A stretch of DNA of 63,049 nt, counting the filler, from Octopus bimaculoides (Eukaryota), in assembly GCF_001194135.2 (NCBI RefSeq). It is 7 parts of 7 records of this genome, joined end to end, with 100 filler letters (N's around TTAATTAATTAA, not from the genome) between each part and the next. Parts side by side here need not be neighbours in the genome. Positions count along the whole stretch, not along the records: positions 1 to 20,061 come from NC_068992.1; 6 more parts are not named here. The stretch is one strand, 5' to 3'. A program made the translations under genes and the position numbers. The notes below the pieces were generated by a model, which had not been told where the DNA came from, ran no database searches, and worked only from the letters and a program-made list of their open reading frames with translations. Each line of letters begins with the position of its first letter. The stretch's first letter is position 1. Positions 1 through 13,937 of this stretch are shown here, piece by piece.

Positions 1-1239
1 AGGTAAATTTGTATATGTACATATATATATATATATGTGGAAATACATGTTATAACATAACTCACCCACCATACGCACCCACACATACACTCCTACACTC
101 CTACACAAACAGGTGTGTGGTGTTGTGGCGTTAGGGGTGTATGTGATCGAATTTGACTCGATAAGGAACACAATCATTACTTATTAAAGAGTTACACAAT
201 GAAGATGTTGATAAACCGAGCTGATGTTTGCAAATTTCCAAAACAACTATAAAAATGTCTCTTCTCGGTCAAATGCAATGTAGTCTCCTGGCATTTGGTA
301 TTGTGTTGAGATATGTGTGTCCTCTGACAACCAAGAGAGACGCAACGTTTATTATTTCATTGCCAGGCACATATTGTTTCAGACGACCGTCGTCTATTAT
401 TAACTTAGTTTGCTTCGAGTAACCAACGAGGATAAACTTGGTTACATTTTGAAACTTTGAGAGGATTACTAATATCTATTGAGATTTCTTTGACGCTTTC
501 TTTGAATTTTGCGTGTTTAATGGTTCTCGCTCTCTCGCTCTCTCGCTCTCTCGCTCTCTGTGCGTGTGAGTGTAACGTCTAACACTCCACATAGTCTCCC
601 ACTCTAGCACTGTGAACTACAATCCATCTTCTGCTTGATACTTATCTTATCAATCTAGAATCATGAAATGAAAACTGAAGTCAAAATCTCAGGAATTCTA
701 TGAGAAACTTGTAGAGGCAAAGAGGGTCGAACATCGAATACAGTCCATCATCCTTTCATAGAGAAAATATAAGGTTTCTTCGATAGAAGCAGAAACACTT
801 TCTTGGATTGAGGAGAAAGAAAACAGCCAACTATATTATCGTCGTAGGTCACTTAATGAAATACAAGTGATTGAAACATTAATTGTTCCCAATGAGATTC
901 GTACAGAAGACATAAAGATGAAAATAATTCAGCAATTTGCTCAATCCGACATATATTTAATATGCAAGATAAATTTAATAAACGGAAGCGCATTCTAGAA
1001 AAGGGTATTTTCTGTCGAACTAACTTGATGTCTAAATTTAACAAAGCAAGCTGCTATGCATCACCTCATTTCGTGAAATGTGCAGAATTGAGTGAAGTAC
1101 TCGGACTAAACGTTGCTCTCTCATACCCATATCACACATACAATCGCCTCTTCCATCTCATTACTCTGTGTATTTCATTTCATATTTTGCTGAGTAAGAA
1201 ATGTGTCGAATTATCCTTTCGATTTTACGTGTTTTAAAA

Positions 1240-1760
1240 TATTATGTTGATCATGGTCAACATTTCGAACTTTGCGTTGCAGGTGGAGCGGTTGTTATCT
1301 TTTCCAACCACATCCCACCCATAGTAATCCAAGATGTTGCAATCGGAGGAATTTAGGAAGTCAGAAAGGGGGCCGGAGAAGTTGTAGAAATTTTCCGTCA
1401 ACCATTTCTGATTCTTTTCGGAGGTATAGCAAGCAGTTGAATCCTACTGCCATACATATGGCTTCTCAGCTGCAACTTTCTCCGGGTCTAATCACGGTCT
1501 CCTACAACTTCACATAGCCGTTTGAATCGAGCCAAGTCCCAGTTCAAAGATGTGACAACGAATTGCAATTTGCGGACGCAGTCAGAACGCTAGTTGTCCA
1601 TGTCCCATATTGCATTCGTTACAATGTTCAAAGAGCATTGAGCAACAGCCATGAGGTCAGCATTTTGATAGCCAGCCTGAAGCATCATGATACACGTATT
1701 CCAGTATTCAAATGGCTTCCGTTCCTCCATACCCACTAATTCTTTCTCAGGTACAATTTT
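1240..1760 (-). mobile_element. Degenerate, internally deleted Tc1/mariner transposase of the DD37D (maT) type
   Basis: Minus-strand translation EKVAAEKPYVWQ*DSTACYTSEKNQKWLTENFYNFSGPLSDFLNSSDCNILDYYGWDVV has exactly 37 residues between the second and third catalytic Asp. The N-terminal piece (MEERKPFEYW...RSDCVRK) jumps to WLDSNGYVKL, implying an internal deletion. Stops and frameshifts are present; TIRs were not found. Confidence 0.8.
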
Positions 1761-2813
1761 GATTTTTATGGTCTTTAAAACTGTTGACTGTTCCCCAATA
1801 TATCAAGCAAGCTGTTCCAGAAAAAAAAAAAGGAAACATAATAATTGCCCAATGTATACTAAACGACAAGTATATATATATATATGTTGAGAACAATTTA
1901 GGTATTAATAGACACAAGATGTGATCTATTTCTAGCACATTAATTGTCCACGTTAGTGGTCAACGTTATTTTTAAAAATGTACCTTAATCCCCTGAGATT
2001 GCAGATACTATTTCTGAATCTCTTTGATTCTTTAGATGTGCTGGCCTCCTGATAATTAATCGATATTAATTAATATATGATTAATTACCAGATTTTATAA
2101 TTATATATATATATATATATGTACATACATAAATATATACACGTGTGTGTGTATATATAGATAGATAGATAGATAGATAGATATGTATTGTATATTATTT
2201 TATACGTACTGTAAAGAAAGAACGCGTGACTGATGAGACACGTGCTTTCACTAGACCCTGTGAATGTGTAGAATCTAGGCATCTATTAATAAGACCTATT
2301 TTCGTTTTCGTCCTCTTCAATTTATTTACTTTATGTATGTCGAGTGTTTTACTGTGAGAGATCGCCCTAGAAGTTAAAAGTAATACGATATAATGAGTAG
2401 TGTTGGAGGGGTAAGATGAAAGTGTGTGTGCTGCTTACAGTGTTTATGATAGCGGCTGAGATAGTTTTTACTTATTTCTTTTGCAAGGGAGATGTACGTA
2501 AAATGAATAAAAAAACTGGTTGTTTTTCCACGTTTAGTAAGCAACATGATGTTTTATTTATTTATTCAAAGTGTTTTTTTTTTTTTTCATCTCCAACTAG
2601 ATTTCAAGTATAATTTCAGTCTGAATCCGCTGGAGTAGAGTGGTACGATTGTGGTTGTGGTGTTGATGGTGAGGAGGTAGATGGTGGCAATGTTCGCATT
2701 CTAAGGGGAAGGGAGAAGGATGGTGGTGGTGGTGTCAGTGATTCTGCTGCTGGTGCAAATATTTAGGCCGAACACTCACTAAGAATGAACAGGAAACTCA
2801 CACACATGCGTTT

Positions 2814-2860
<47 letters not shown>

Positions 2861-3553
2861 CGTGCGTGTGCGCGCGTACGTGCGTGTGTGAATGCACGTA
2901 CGTATAAATGTGCAATGCCTAATAGAATTTAATGAGCCACATTAGAGAAATTACCGTGAGACAGACAGAAATTCAGACTACACATTTTTAGTCGTTATTG
3001 CTGTTTCTTTTTTGCATTTATTATTCTTTGCTTCTTTTTATGAATTCACGTTTTGTCGTATTGAATGTATGAAGAATGTAGCAGAACACTAATAGCTTCT
3101 CTAGATTCTTGCAGAGTATTGTTCCTACACCATTTCAGCAAATCATTATTGTTTTTAAATTTGATGTTCAACTTTATTTGCTAAACTTTCAGTCATTGAA
3201 GAACAAGTCGGCGGAGCAGCTGTAATATTTAGTCTAGCAGATAGTTCCATGGTTAGTAAGTTCAAGTTCACTCTCTCATGGCACGAAGAATGTCTGCTGC
3301 CTTACCTCAGGTTACCTAAGCTCTATAGAATTCAGATAAACAGCAAGATTTCTGGGCGTGTAAACTAAAATAGACTAGAACCCTATTTAGGGTCGTGAAA
3401 ACTGTTGATATATTTATAGCTGTTATCTCATATTTATTTGGGATCTGAACTTTATGAAATTTTATTATAGTTTACGTAAAACCAATAATGGATAAGATAA
3501 ATTCAGAGAGGAGTAGTAGTTGGTGAAATATATTGTAATATTTGGATGTCATT

Positions 3554-3745
3554 TAAGGCAGAATCGTTAGCAAGCCGGAGAAAATGCTAAGCAGCTTTTC
3601 GTCCGTCCTAACACTCTGAGCTCAAATTCCACCGAGGTCGACTGTGCTTTTCATCATTTCGAGATCGATAAGTACCACCTGTGCTCTGGGGTAGATGTAA
3701 TCAACTTTCACTCTTCCTCAAAATTGCTGTGTCAAAATTTGAAAC
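3554..3745 (+). mobile_element. SINE family A (octopus-type, about 220 bp), degenerate copy
   Basis: gcagaatcgttagc...ctcaaattccaccgaggtcgac...tttcatc...aaaatttgaaacc, shared with about 10 other copies in the window. Confidence 0.8.
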
Positions 3746-4599
3746 CTTTATTTGGATATGATTTGCAAATTCAAGCATTTCGAGACCGCTCTTGAACTGT
3801 TGTTATACTGCAATAGTTACGAAGCTTATACAGCAGTGAAAAATTTCTTGAAGATGAGAGGTGAAGAAAGGTTTGTCTATCAAAGCAAGGAGAATTTCTG
3901 TTCATCAATCCGAGATTACGTGATGCCATATCATCATTTCAGCGAACTTAGCAAAATTCGATTAAAATAAATCAACATTTGTCTCAGCATGACTGCGTCT
4001 TGATTTACCTATTTTTAAAGTTAAATGATGAACGATAATGTTGATAGGGAATAGACTTTATAACCTAAAAATTAAAACGGTGCCAAATATCATAAAAGAA
4101 TTACACTGGAATAGTATCCAGTGATTTCACTAAGTTAACAGGACGGTAGTTGACACCTTAATAACAAATATAAGTCTATTAGAAAATAAAAGAAAAGTTA
4201 ATATAAGAAAATAAATGTGATGTAGACGTTTATCACGATTCTTCCTCACCTTCATTGAATTAGGCTCAGCATCTCACTTCCACCCAAATCGGTCCCACCA
4301 CACCGTGTTAGATCAAGTCATTTTGTTAAACTAATTATTTACAAGGAATATTATTCAGCTCCAGGTCACCTCTGCTCGAGCAGATCTGCTATCAAAGACT
4401 CTCTATCTGTGGCCATTCCATCATATTTTCCCAAGCATAGTGTACCAAAACTTTGTTATCGAATGTGTACGTTTTTTAAGATGGTAAAATGTAAAGAGGG
4501 GCAATACAATTTCTATTTCTAGCAAAGCGAAACGTGACACAGAATCTTCCTCTTTGGTTCACCCACCTAGAGTCATTCACGAGTCCAACTGATTTTAGA

Positions 4600-5450
4600 G
4601 TCTCAATTTCGAGACTGGAAAAGGCCAACTTCGATAAGATTCTTTTTACTTCCGTAAGAAGATAAGCACGTAAATTGAATGGAAGATAGCGAGTTTTTTT
4701 GTGTTTTTTTTACCCACCTCTCATTTTCTGAGGATCGATTACCGGAGCTGGCGTAAGACTGTGCCAGCATCTGCAATTCTAGCATCCAATTCAGCCTGCT
4801 ATTTCCTATCATTGTTAAATACGGAGGTAAGAGCCGCCGTCGTTGGTGCATCAAATACAAACACTTTGTTATCTGAGTCACCGCAGCTTTAGATGTAATT
4901 AAGACTGAGTCATATGCCCTACAAGAAGACCTCAATTTCTCAGAAATCTCATATTATCGAACAACATATAAATAGATTTAGCTGCAACTTGGTCATACAT
5001 CTTCACTAAGGTTCTGTTAGAACTCTCCAGTCGAACATTTCCGATGCTAGTGATCTGATCTCTACCTATTTAGATGAAAGTCGATATATCAGTTTAAATG
5101 TAAAACCAGGGAGTCGAGTAAACCGTAAAACATCATTTTTTTTCAAGAACAGCCAATTGTTCAACGCTTTCAAGAAAGGTAGTCTATAATTTGGGACTTT
5201 TAACCTCTTTCAGTTTGTTTAAAGGAATTGAGACGAGTGCAAACATGAATAAAATTTATACGGCTACATCAATGTGCCAGACGCTAGAGCTTGCATAACT
5301 GCAACGTCTCTGACTGTAGTCAATGAAGCTCTGCATAATTATATTTAGTATAGAGTGTAAATTCTTGTACAAGCAGATCAGACCAGAGAGCTTTAATGTT
5401 AAGTAACAGTGAACGATGTCTGTTTGATGGTTTTTAGAAGAAGTTAGGCG
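4600..5450 (-). mobile_element. RTE-clade LINE remnant (RT C-terminal region)
   Basis: Minus frame SVFNNDRK*QAELDARIADAGTVLRQLR*SILRK*EVGKK resembles the RTE/Rex3-type motif 'F..DGR...ELDARIGKASAVMR.L'. Many stops. Confidence 0.6.
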
Positions 5451-7299
5451 TATTGATTTATGCAGAAAATACAATTAAATGAAATGTAAAAATGCTATAA
5501 CCAAAACAGTGATTCCACTCAGATATGTTGTCCTCCTCCCTTTTACGTACGCTGCAGTGCATTTATAGTTGTTCTGAATCGCCACATGGCTTACGTAAAT
5601 ATTTTTACTAATTCGGTATGCATTAACTGTACATTTGAAAAGCCATGAACATAGGAAACAGTAAGTTTATCGAGGAGAATACTAATTTTAAAGTATAAGC
5701 TTATTCAGAGCGACTACACTTAACTGGAGTGAATACTAATCATTTGAACTCGATCGGTAATGTTGAATATTTGCTAAAAGTTAACTCACATTTTTCTTTT
5801 AGCTGTGTAACTCCAGTTTAAAAAGTCTCCCTTAATAAAGATAAATTGTGCATCTGGAAGCAGTAGAATACAAATTTAAACTTTAATTAATTATCAGATT
5901 TCTATTTATCAGAGCAGAATACAAATTGCAATTCTTAATTAAGTGTAAAATACATTTTTTTCTTCTTTTTTTACTAATATAATGAAATTAAATAGAACTG
6001 ATTTCAACAAACTGGAATTCATATTCTATGTAACGAATTGTTAAGATTTGAAAACTAGGGAATAATGAAGAAAATTTTTCATGTGAGAAATATTTAATCG
6101 ATTGAGTCAGTGTAGTGTGTGTTTCGTGTTTATTTTATCAATGTTGTAAAGAGCAGTGAAAACACTCAAATAATGAGGTAAATGGATGAGACTAAATAAG
6201 TTCAATATTCTGCCACTTGAACTAAATATTGAAATAAATAAGTTCAATATTCTGCCTCACCACCATGGTTTTAATATTTCAGATGCAAAGCTGATGAACC
6301 TACACCTGCTAGGAGGAGGTGTCTCGAAAGAGAAACTGGTGTCACGACCTTGTCTTGTTAGAATTTATCTTTTGTTTTACAGTCAGTTTTTTAGTCGAGG
6401 CAACAGACGAGTAATTTTGAGGAGAGAGATAGTCAATTATTTTAGAAAAAATGAAACTCACTGCTTCTTAAGTATTTTCATTTTTTATGTACAGAGGAAG
6501 GAAGAAATAGAGTACAAGATTTAGGATAGGAAAACAAAAGGATATAAATAGATATCGCTTGCAAATGTGGTCGATGTTCTATCTATTTAACCCCAAAACT
6601 GGCAAGAGCAGAATACCAGCCTCGAAAGATATGCATTTTAATAAGTTCTACGATATATAAAGAAGTTATTTCAGTATCCTTGACAGAATAAAATGTTTTG
6701 AATAGAAATGAATTAGATTTAAATTTGCCCTGAAAGTCATGATGACTATATTTTATCGTGGAAGAGACAGCATATTGATTGCTTTTCTCTTGAAAAGTTT
6801 ACCTTCATCTCTAAAAAGGCGTATTAATTTCGATATTTTTGTTGTAATCAATAACAGATAGCCATGATAGCTCTGTATTTATTACAAAACTTCACTTGAT
6901 ATTTGCAGCACAGGAGCGAAGTTGTAAATGCAAAGAGAGACAAAAAAACCTATATTTTTAGAATATAATGAAATCTGTTGCCCTTATTAGTCAATGTTGT
7001 AAATAGAACACTTTAACAAATCAAAACGACAGGAAATATTTTTAGATTCCTAATTAAAATATTTCTCAAGTAGTTAGGATATTTTACGTCTACATTTCCC
7101 TTCACACCAAATTCACATATGTATGTATTTACACAGTGTATGTAGACGTGTACTTACAACACACTGTTTTATTTTGAAACTCAGTCCTTCACTCAGAAAT
7201 GGCATCCACTAATTTAAACGTAAGTTTTAAACGTGTACGTGTATGTGCTTGTGCGTGCATGTGTGTGTGCATATGTTTGCGAGTGTAATCGGTGGGTAT

Positions 7300-7603
7300 T
7301 CTACTTGGACGAAGTGTATGTGTGCTCAGCGATGGGGTGGACCTATAAATTGAGTTGAATGTGAAATATACAGCTTCGCGAGACTTCTTAAGCATTACTG
7401 AGTCAGAATCGGGATCCGAAATTCTTTTCCAGCAGATAGGACGAGAATAATGGGGGGTGGGGGGCTCTAGCTTAGGTCTGAATTTTGGAATGACTTCTGC
7501 GATTGTAGAAACTGAAGGTAACTGATAATCAGCAGAACAGCTTAACAAAATATTGACACTTCCGTTTAGAGCGGAAATGCATTTTTACATCATTCTGGTA
7601 AGT
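7300..7603 (+). promoter_or_regulatory. Candidate promoter / short first exon (speculative)
   Basis: Local CpG enrichment, TATAAA at about 7344, TGAGTCA at about 7399, a GGGGTGGGG box, and an inverted ETS pair acttccg...cggaaat at about 7558-7578. ATG at 7577 (MHFYIIL) is followed by the donor GTAAGT at 7598. No transcript evidence. Confidence 0.2.
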
Positions 7604-8290
7604 ATTTTCAGTTGAAAGGTTTCGAAATTTAACGTTGACGTTTCAGCTTTCCATTTAAGTTATTCGAATACTTCTGTAAAAGGCAACGTTTCTGACACAA
7701 TAACAGCCGCCCACCTTTCGACTAATTATACAGTCACTGAACAGTTCGTACGTCTCTCGTATGCCTTATGAAGATTGTTACCAGAACAGATGTGAAGTTA
7801 ATTATCCATTGGCTAACAAAATCATCAATAACAAACCAAGCTATTGTAGTTTTCACAAAATATTCTAAGCTCAGCTTGATCACATGGCAGCAAATCTTCT
7901 TGAAATTTTCAGTTTTCTAAAGCATTCAAGTAGAAAGAAAAACATCGTATTAGTCTTACCACACGCAAATCCCCTTGAATCATATTTGTAGAGATATCTG
8001 ACTAATCAAATATTCTGTATATCGTTCTTAAATTTTGTCTTTCCCGGGGCTGTTGTCACTGTCCATTGAACTGATGTGTATTTACAGTAAATGAAGAACT
8101 AAGAACATGATAGACATATCTGATGTAGCTCATCATATATAGTAAGCGCGATTATATTACCCGGCGTGGGTGTGTATGTGTGTGTGTGTGTGTGTGACAC
8201 TAAACAGAAAAGTGTCATTAATGGAATCATTGATCACAATTTTATGGCGACATATTGTGACGTTATGGATGTGAAAGGCAGAATGGAATG

Positions 8291-8422
<132 letters not shown>

Positions 8423-8869
8423 TATAATGTTAAAGGAAATGAAGTTAAGAATTGAAATCTTGATGGAAATTTCCAATCCAAAGCGGAACGTTTTATGTCT
8501 GTATAAAAGTCAAGACAGAGACGTGTGTGGTATGTACGGTTTGTAGAACGGAAATTAGCAGTTGTCGTGTCGAATCTCCCTGAAATATAGCTGGTTACTT
8601 ATATTAGCTTCTAAGAGGATATTAGTGGAAGTTAACGTTTTACTGCACAGCGCACATTAAGAAGGTTGGTTGAGATGTGCGAAGTGACAAGATTAAAAAG
8701 AAAATGGGATGGATGAAAACTTTTTCTCTCTAGGAAGAGAAATAAGGACGGACATGAAAATCTTCATAGATTTCGCAATTTTCGCATGAAAAGTCTGATT
8801 AAAGATTGCGAATAACGTTACTGGTCTAGAAGCGACATCAATCATTTACTTTGTTTTTGAGCCCAAGTA

Positions 8870-8924
8870 GACTCTATGTCTGGAAGCTGACTATGTCTGG
8901 AAGCTGACTCTATGTCTGGAAGCT
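8870..8924. repeat. Three tandem copies of the 17-19 bp unit gac(tc)tatgtctggaagct
   Basis: Seen directly. Confidence 0.9.
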
Positions 8925-9239
8925 CCCGGATGTTTTGTTTAGCGACATCAGTTCGTTGTATTTGCCGGTAGGGTATTTGTCCTGGTTTAATGAAAAAATA
9001 ACGCTGCAGCAGCAACAGACCTTCTGTGGGAGTAACCACATTTGGTGGGGCTGGATACAAATTTGGCAATGCTAGGGTTGTATTCACAGCATTGATGGGG
9101 CAGCAGGCATTATATACCCTGTCGTTGAGGATGGGGCAGCCAGGCTGAAGGAAGTATGTTTGGATTGTGGGCTGCCAATGGATTCAACTTCATTAATAAG
9201 TTGTACCTTTGGTAGTAACAATAAGATAGCTCACTCTTC

Positions 9240-9790
9240 CTGTTGACACATACTGCATGTTCCTGGAATATGCGTAATCTCTCGCACAGCAGAATTGGTA
9301 ACTACTAATCTCAGAGAAGTAAAGAGGTGCCTAATCACTGGTACTCCATTCGATGTTAGAGAAGTCATTCCGATCGTCACGTAGTCTCCAAATAAAACGG
9401 GACTACGAGGTTGAATTTTTCCCTATTCCTGCAAATGAAGAAAAGCAAATTCCGTTTATGCGTTCCCTTGAGGTCACTGGCCGTCATGCCATCTGATATT
9501 GTGACAGTGGTTCTATAGACCAAAGCCTTTAAGAAACAGCATCTCCCATTGGAAGTTGGTCATTTTGGGGACTGTGTAGACGTGTGTTTGCGTTTACTGT
9601 GGCGTTCAATGTTAGACGAAATCCTTGTCTAAGCTGAAGTAACTGACTTTGAAGATGTGGAGGTCGAAAAGGTTGTAATACTGATGGGGAAAAGGGAAGT
9701 TCCTTGCTATGTTGACTGAAATAAGCAAATAATTGATGTTAATTATTTCAGATTCCATTACTCTACCTCTAGACGTGTGACGAGTCAGGT
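9240..9790 (-). mobile_element. Penelope-like element fragment (RT C-terminus plus GIY-YIG endonuclease region)
   Basis: Minus frames NIARNFPFPHQYYNLFDLHIFKVSYF, CFLKALVYRTTVTISDG and KNSTS*SRFIWRLRDD..IEWS match the PLE C-terminal pattern, which is also seen in the larger copy at 46.7-47.5 kb. Confidence 0.8.
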
Positions 9791-9854
9791 TCATTTTACG
9801 AACCTATGAAACTTTAAGTTTCATGGATCTGAGTCAAACTGTTATTAAATAATA

Positions 9855-9924
9855 TGTGTATGTATGTATGTATGTATGTATGTATGTATCTATCTATCTA
9901 CCAATCTCTCTCTCTCTCTCTCTC

Positions 9925-9990
<66 letters not shown>
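9855..9990. repeat. Compound microsatellite (TATG)n(CT)n(TA)n
   Basis: Seen directly. Confidence 0.95.
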
Positions 9991-9993
<3 letters not shown>

Positions 9994-11438
9994 CTGCGCA
10001 TTAGTGAGTGACCAATCAGAAAATGATATTATGCGGGAAGAAGTGTTAATTTAGCGATAATTGGTTCATGTTTCTGGATAAAAAACTTCAAAAGTTGATC
10101 TGCTCCATTAACTTCCTGTTATTCTCAAATGGTTTTTGTGATTACCATGACACACCCGCCTCCAACCTAAGTAGCTATTATTTCCAATCACCAATGCTTT
10201 AGTTGTATGTCGTGTACAGGGTTTTATACGCGCGCGCACGCACACACACACACAAGCACACAAACACACAACCACACGAACACACACGAACACGCGCGCA
10301 CACAAGTACACACACACACACGCAACACACAAATACATACACACAAACACACACACATATAAACATACAGGCATTCATATTTGAAGGTTTATTCTTCATT
10401 AATTATAATATTGTTCCTTAATTACTGTAATTACTTGGCCTGAACTTTGTAATTTCTGAAGAATTATCCCGGAAAATAATTACTAAACCTTTTAATCTCG
10501 TGTACGTTTGCTTTTATTTACCAATAAGTAATTCTATTTGTTAGTTGCTAGTAGCAACGGTAGTTGATGACTATATTATTTCTTCTTGTTCCCATTTCCT
10601 TTACTGGACCATATTTATGCTGCAGTCAATGACGTCAACAAAATTAGTCCAATATTTTGTCCTCAGGACATAATTAGAACTTAACCAGAATTAACCAACT
10701 AACAAGCAGTAGTTAGTCGACCACTATCGATTTTATAATCAACCTACTACTTTCTGCTTTCGTCGTTTATACACGCATGCACGCACGCACACGCACGCAC
10801 ACGCACACGCACACACACACACACACACAAATGATACCAACCTATGTATAGTGTCTTTTCAGGACTGATAAGTAATTATTCTATTTTCATATAACCACTT
10901 CATTCGCTGCAAGTGTCTATATAAAGAACATAAGACATATATTCTTGCTTTTCATTGTTATTAAATAATTATATTTTGAAGTAGCCACTTCTTTCGGTAC
11001 GTGTCTGTGGAAAGAATACCAAACCGTACTTATTCTCTTCCATTTCTCTCTCTTCTATTCTCGAACTCGCTTTCTCATCTCCTTATTTCCGCTTTTCCTC
11101 TTTCATCTTCACCTTTCACAATCTTTCAATCCAATAGAAGTAGCTACGGCTATGTACCATCATACTTTCTCTTGTCTCACTTTCTATCAATCTATGTATC
11201 TATATTTCTCGCTTTCGCTCTTTTTCTCAACAATATATTGATTTATTAGATTGGCACATAGCCTATCCTCAAAAGATAAAAGAAAAGTTTTCCATTAGAA
11301 TATGCAAACATACACCTACATACTTACATACAGCAGCTCTTTCACAAACTTACACACCACAATAACACATACACGCATGCGCAGATACGGAGGCACGCAT
11401 GCATAGATGTATGTTTATGTGTATGTGTGTTTGTGTGC

Positions 11439-11491
<53 letters not shown>

Positions 11492-11581
11492 TATATGCAC
11501 AGAGAGAGAGAGAAAGATACAGATAAATAGATAGATACGTATACATATAAGCATGCATATATATACCTACTTATGTATCTT

Positions 11582-11613
<32 letters not shown>

Positions 11614-12264
11614 TGTATGTATCTATCTATGGAGTCATGCTGAGAAATTTAACACATCCAGCAAACTAGCGTAAATTCAACATCGAACACAACTTCCGGC
11701 GAAAACATCTTGGACCAGAAAAAATATGACAGCATAACGGATCTTCTTTTCTCCCTACATTTATTCTATTCATAATCTCACAATGTAATTTATGTTTAAA
11801 TACACATTGACACTGATGATATATACACAAATACACATGCATGCACAATATATACCTAAATACAACTGGCACATCTACTATAAGCATACATATATACATA
11901 AACCTAATATATACACCGATATGCACAGACATAAATAAACTTAAATGCACAAGAGACACTCATAAATATATACATAAATACACATAATTTTTATATGAAT
12001 ACAGACACACACACAAAATCACATTGGTATAAATACACAGACACACGCACTTACACATTTATAAATAAAAAGCATGTACACACCATTATAACTGCATGAC
12101 TGAAAAGTTCGCTCCTCCGCAATTGTATTATATTGGACTGGATCTCGCCAGTTGGGGTGCCTTGAGCATGCACCTTCTACTCTGCATTTCACTGAAACAA
12201 TGGTTTCTAAGAAGGAATTGTAAGACGAAAAGAAAAAAACGCAGAGAAGCCATTCATGCAATAA

Positions 12265-12340
12265 ACTAGTTTTTTTCTTCACGCTAGACCACTTGTAGCA
12301 GAAAAATTTCTAAATAAATTTTGGGCTACCCTGGAATTTA
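12265..12340. repeat. Dispersed repeat fragment, also present at about 20211-20285 (probable non-autonomous DNA element)
   Basis: ctagtttttttcttcacgctagaccacttgtagcagaaaaatttcta...gctaccctggaattta versus ctagttttttcttctcgctagaccactggtaacaaaaagaatttcta...gctaccctgaaattta. Confidence 0.7.
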
Positions 12341-12347
12341 GTATATA

Positions 12348-12378
<31 letters not shown>

Positions 12379-12699
12379 CAGAGAGAGCGACAGACAGACA
12401 GAGTGATCCACGTATGTGTTTGTGTGTAAGTGAGTGGCATCTATAAACATACACTCACACCCATACATCTATGAATCAGTGACTGTCGTGAGTTTGTTGC
12501 CTATGCAGATGTAGTATGATATATTTTACATACACTAAATATAATTTAGTTTCATGTTATGCTGTTTGGAAAAATGCTTTCACTATATAAGTAAAACTAT
12601 AAGTACGTCGTAATATTATTGGTCAAAATACTTCGATATAAGAGATCAGTAAAAATAGACAATGTTGAAACTGCGTCACACAAACATCTGTTGAATTGC

Positions 12700-13230
12700 C
12701 TTGCGCTGAACATCTGCTGTTTTCATGTATTGGTTAGAGACATGTTGTTTTCATGTCTTCATTATCATGTGTATGATATACAGATGGACAAGGCAAGCGG
12801 ATATTGTTAATGAGTTTTTTTATGTTGGTGTATATATAGGTGATCTTATTCTGGCAAGAGATATATATGTTGTCGGGAGGGCAGGTATTAAGTTTGTTTC
12901 AATATCATGGAGAAGCACAAGTAAAATGCATTCCTATTGGCAATATTCCTTCTGTTTATATTGACTGTGCAATCAGTGAAATTTTGGTGCATCTGTGACA
13001 GCTCACCCTAACACCTATCGATAATTTATACCGTCATGTATTTTAATGATTACGAAAATGATTTACCTATATTTCCAGTCATACCGAAAATGAACAGTTT
13101 AGCGTTTGCTCCTGCCAGCCACTACCACCAGAATTCATCATGGAAGAAATGGTTGGAACACTTACTCAAAAACTTCAAAAACCTAGAGTTGAGAGAAGCT
13201 GGTCTTGTGCTGCATTCTGGCCTCACTTTA
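12700..13230 (+). mobile_element. Highly degenerate RTE-like LINE remnant
   Basis: VNEFFYVGVYIGDLILARDIYVVGRAGIKFVSISWRS resembles 'V.EF.YLGSYI...D...R.GKA....L..IWRS'. Many stops. Confidence 0.45.
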
Positions 13231-13897
13231 TCCAGGTCGAAAGGATTTAAGATAACAAACAAAGAATTGCAGGTAATCGATTTTTACAGTGGTTGCTTAC
13301 AACTACTACTACTACTACTACTACTACTAACTACCTCTGTCAAGCCAGTCGCCATGATTAACTGCTAGCTCCAAAAGTGTTTTTTTTATTCTCTCTGTTT
13401 ATTTCCTTGTGTTCCTTTCTGTTGAAGAACGTAGGGCTCGAAACGTAAATGATTCACTATGTCAATAAATGTTATAATATTATTATGGTTTTCTGTTAAA
13501 TATATACTCAATGTATGGATAATATGCATCATTACCCTTCATTGTCTGAAAAAATGTCTAGGTAGTCAATTATCATTCAAAAGCTCTTAACGTGGTTCAC
13601 CCAAAAACTGAAGAATCTGAAATAAAAAAGAAAGGACATTACACAGAATAATGGAAATATAACAATGGTGTTGCCATAGTGTGCAAACCAACTGGGAAAA
13701 GTTTTATCAAAATCGATACACAGAAAACCGAGACATCCTAAATTTCACTACTAANNNNNNNNNNNNNNNNNNNNNNNNNNNNNNNNNNNNNNNNNNNNNN
13801 NNNNNNNNNNNNNNNNNNNNNNNNNNNNNNNNNNNNNNNNNNNNNNNNNNNNNNNNNNNNNNNNNNNNNNNNNNNNNNNNNNNNNNNNNNNNNNNNN

Positions 13898-13937
<40 letters not shown>

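Noticed and set aside
200-960. Possible Ginger/KRBA2-like integrase N-terminal remnants (FYEKLVEAKR on +; LKQYVPGNEIINV on -)
   Set aside because: Only vague resemblance, conflicting orientations and no catalytic motif.
6190-6400. 44-bp local duplication and ctgatga...cgaaag as a hammerhead or Penelope 3' end
   Set aside because: Stem II is not contiguous with the core and there is no stem III or cleavage triplet.
8088-8141. Plus-strand exon candidate; similar small AG/GT segments at 15433, 16167, 17992 and 41709
   Set aside because: Stops or incompatible phases; GTAAG-type donors are expected dozens of times per strand by chance at this base composition.
8930-9235. GC-richer segment beside the Penelope fragment as coding sequence
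   Set aside because: Stops in all frames and no motif; may be PLE 3' sequence but unsupported.
10000-11720. Scattered CCAAT, CRE (TGACGTCA at about 10630) and ETS motifs as an enhancer
   Set aside because: Isolated short motifs at about chance frequency, with no supporting structure.
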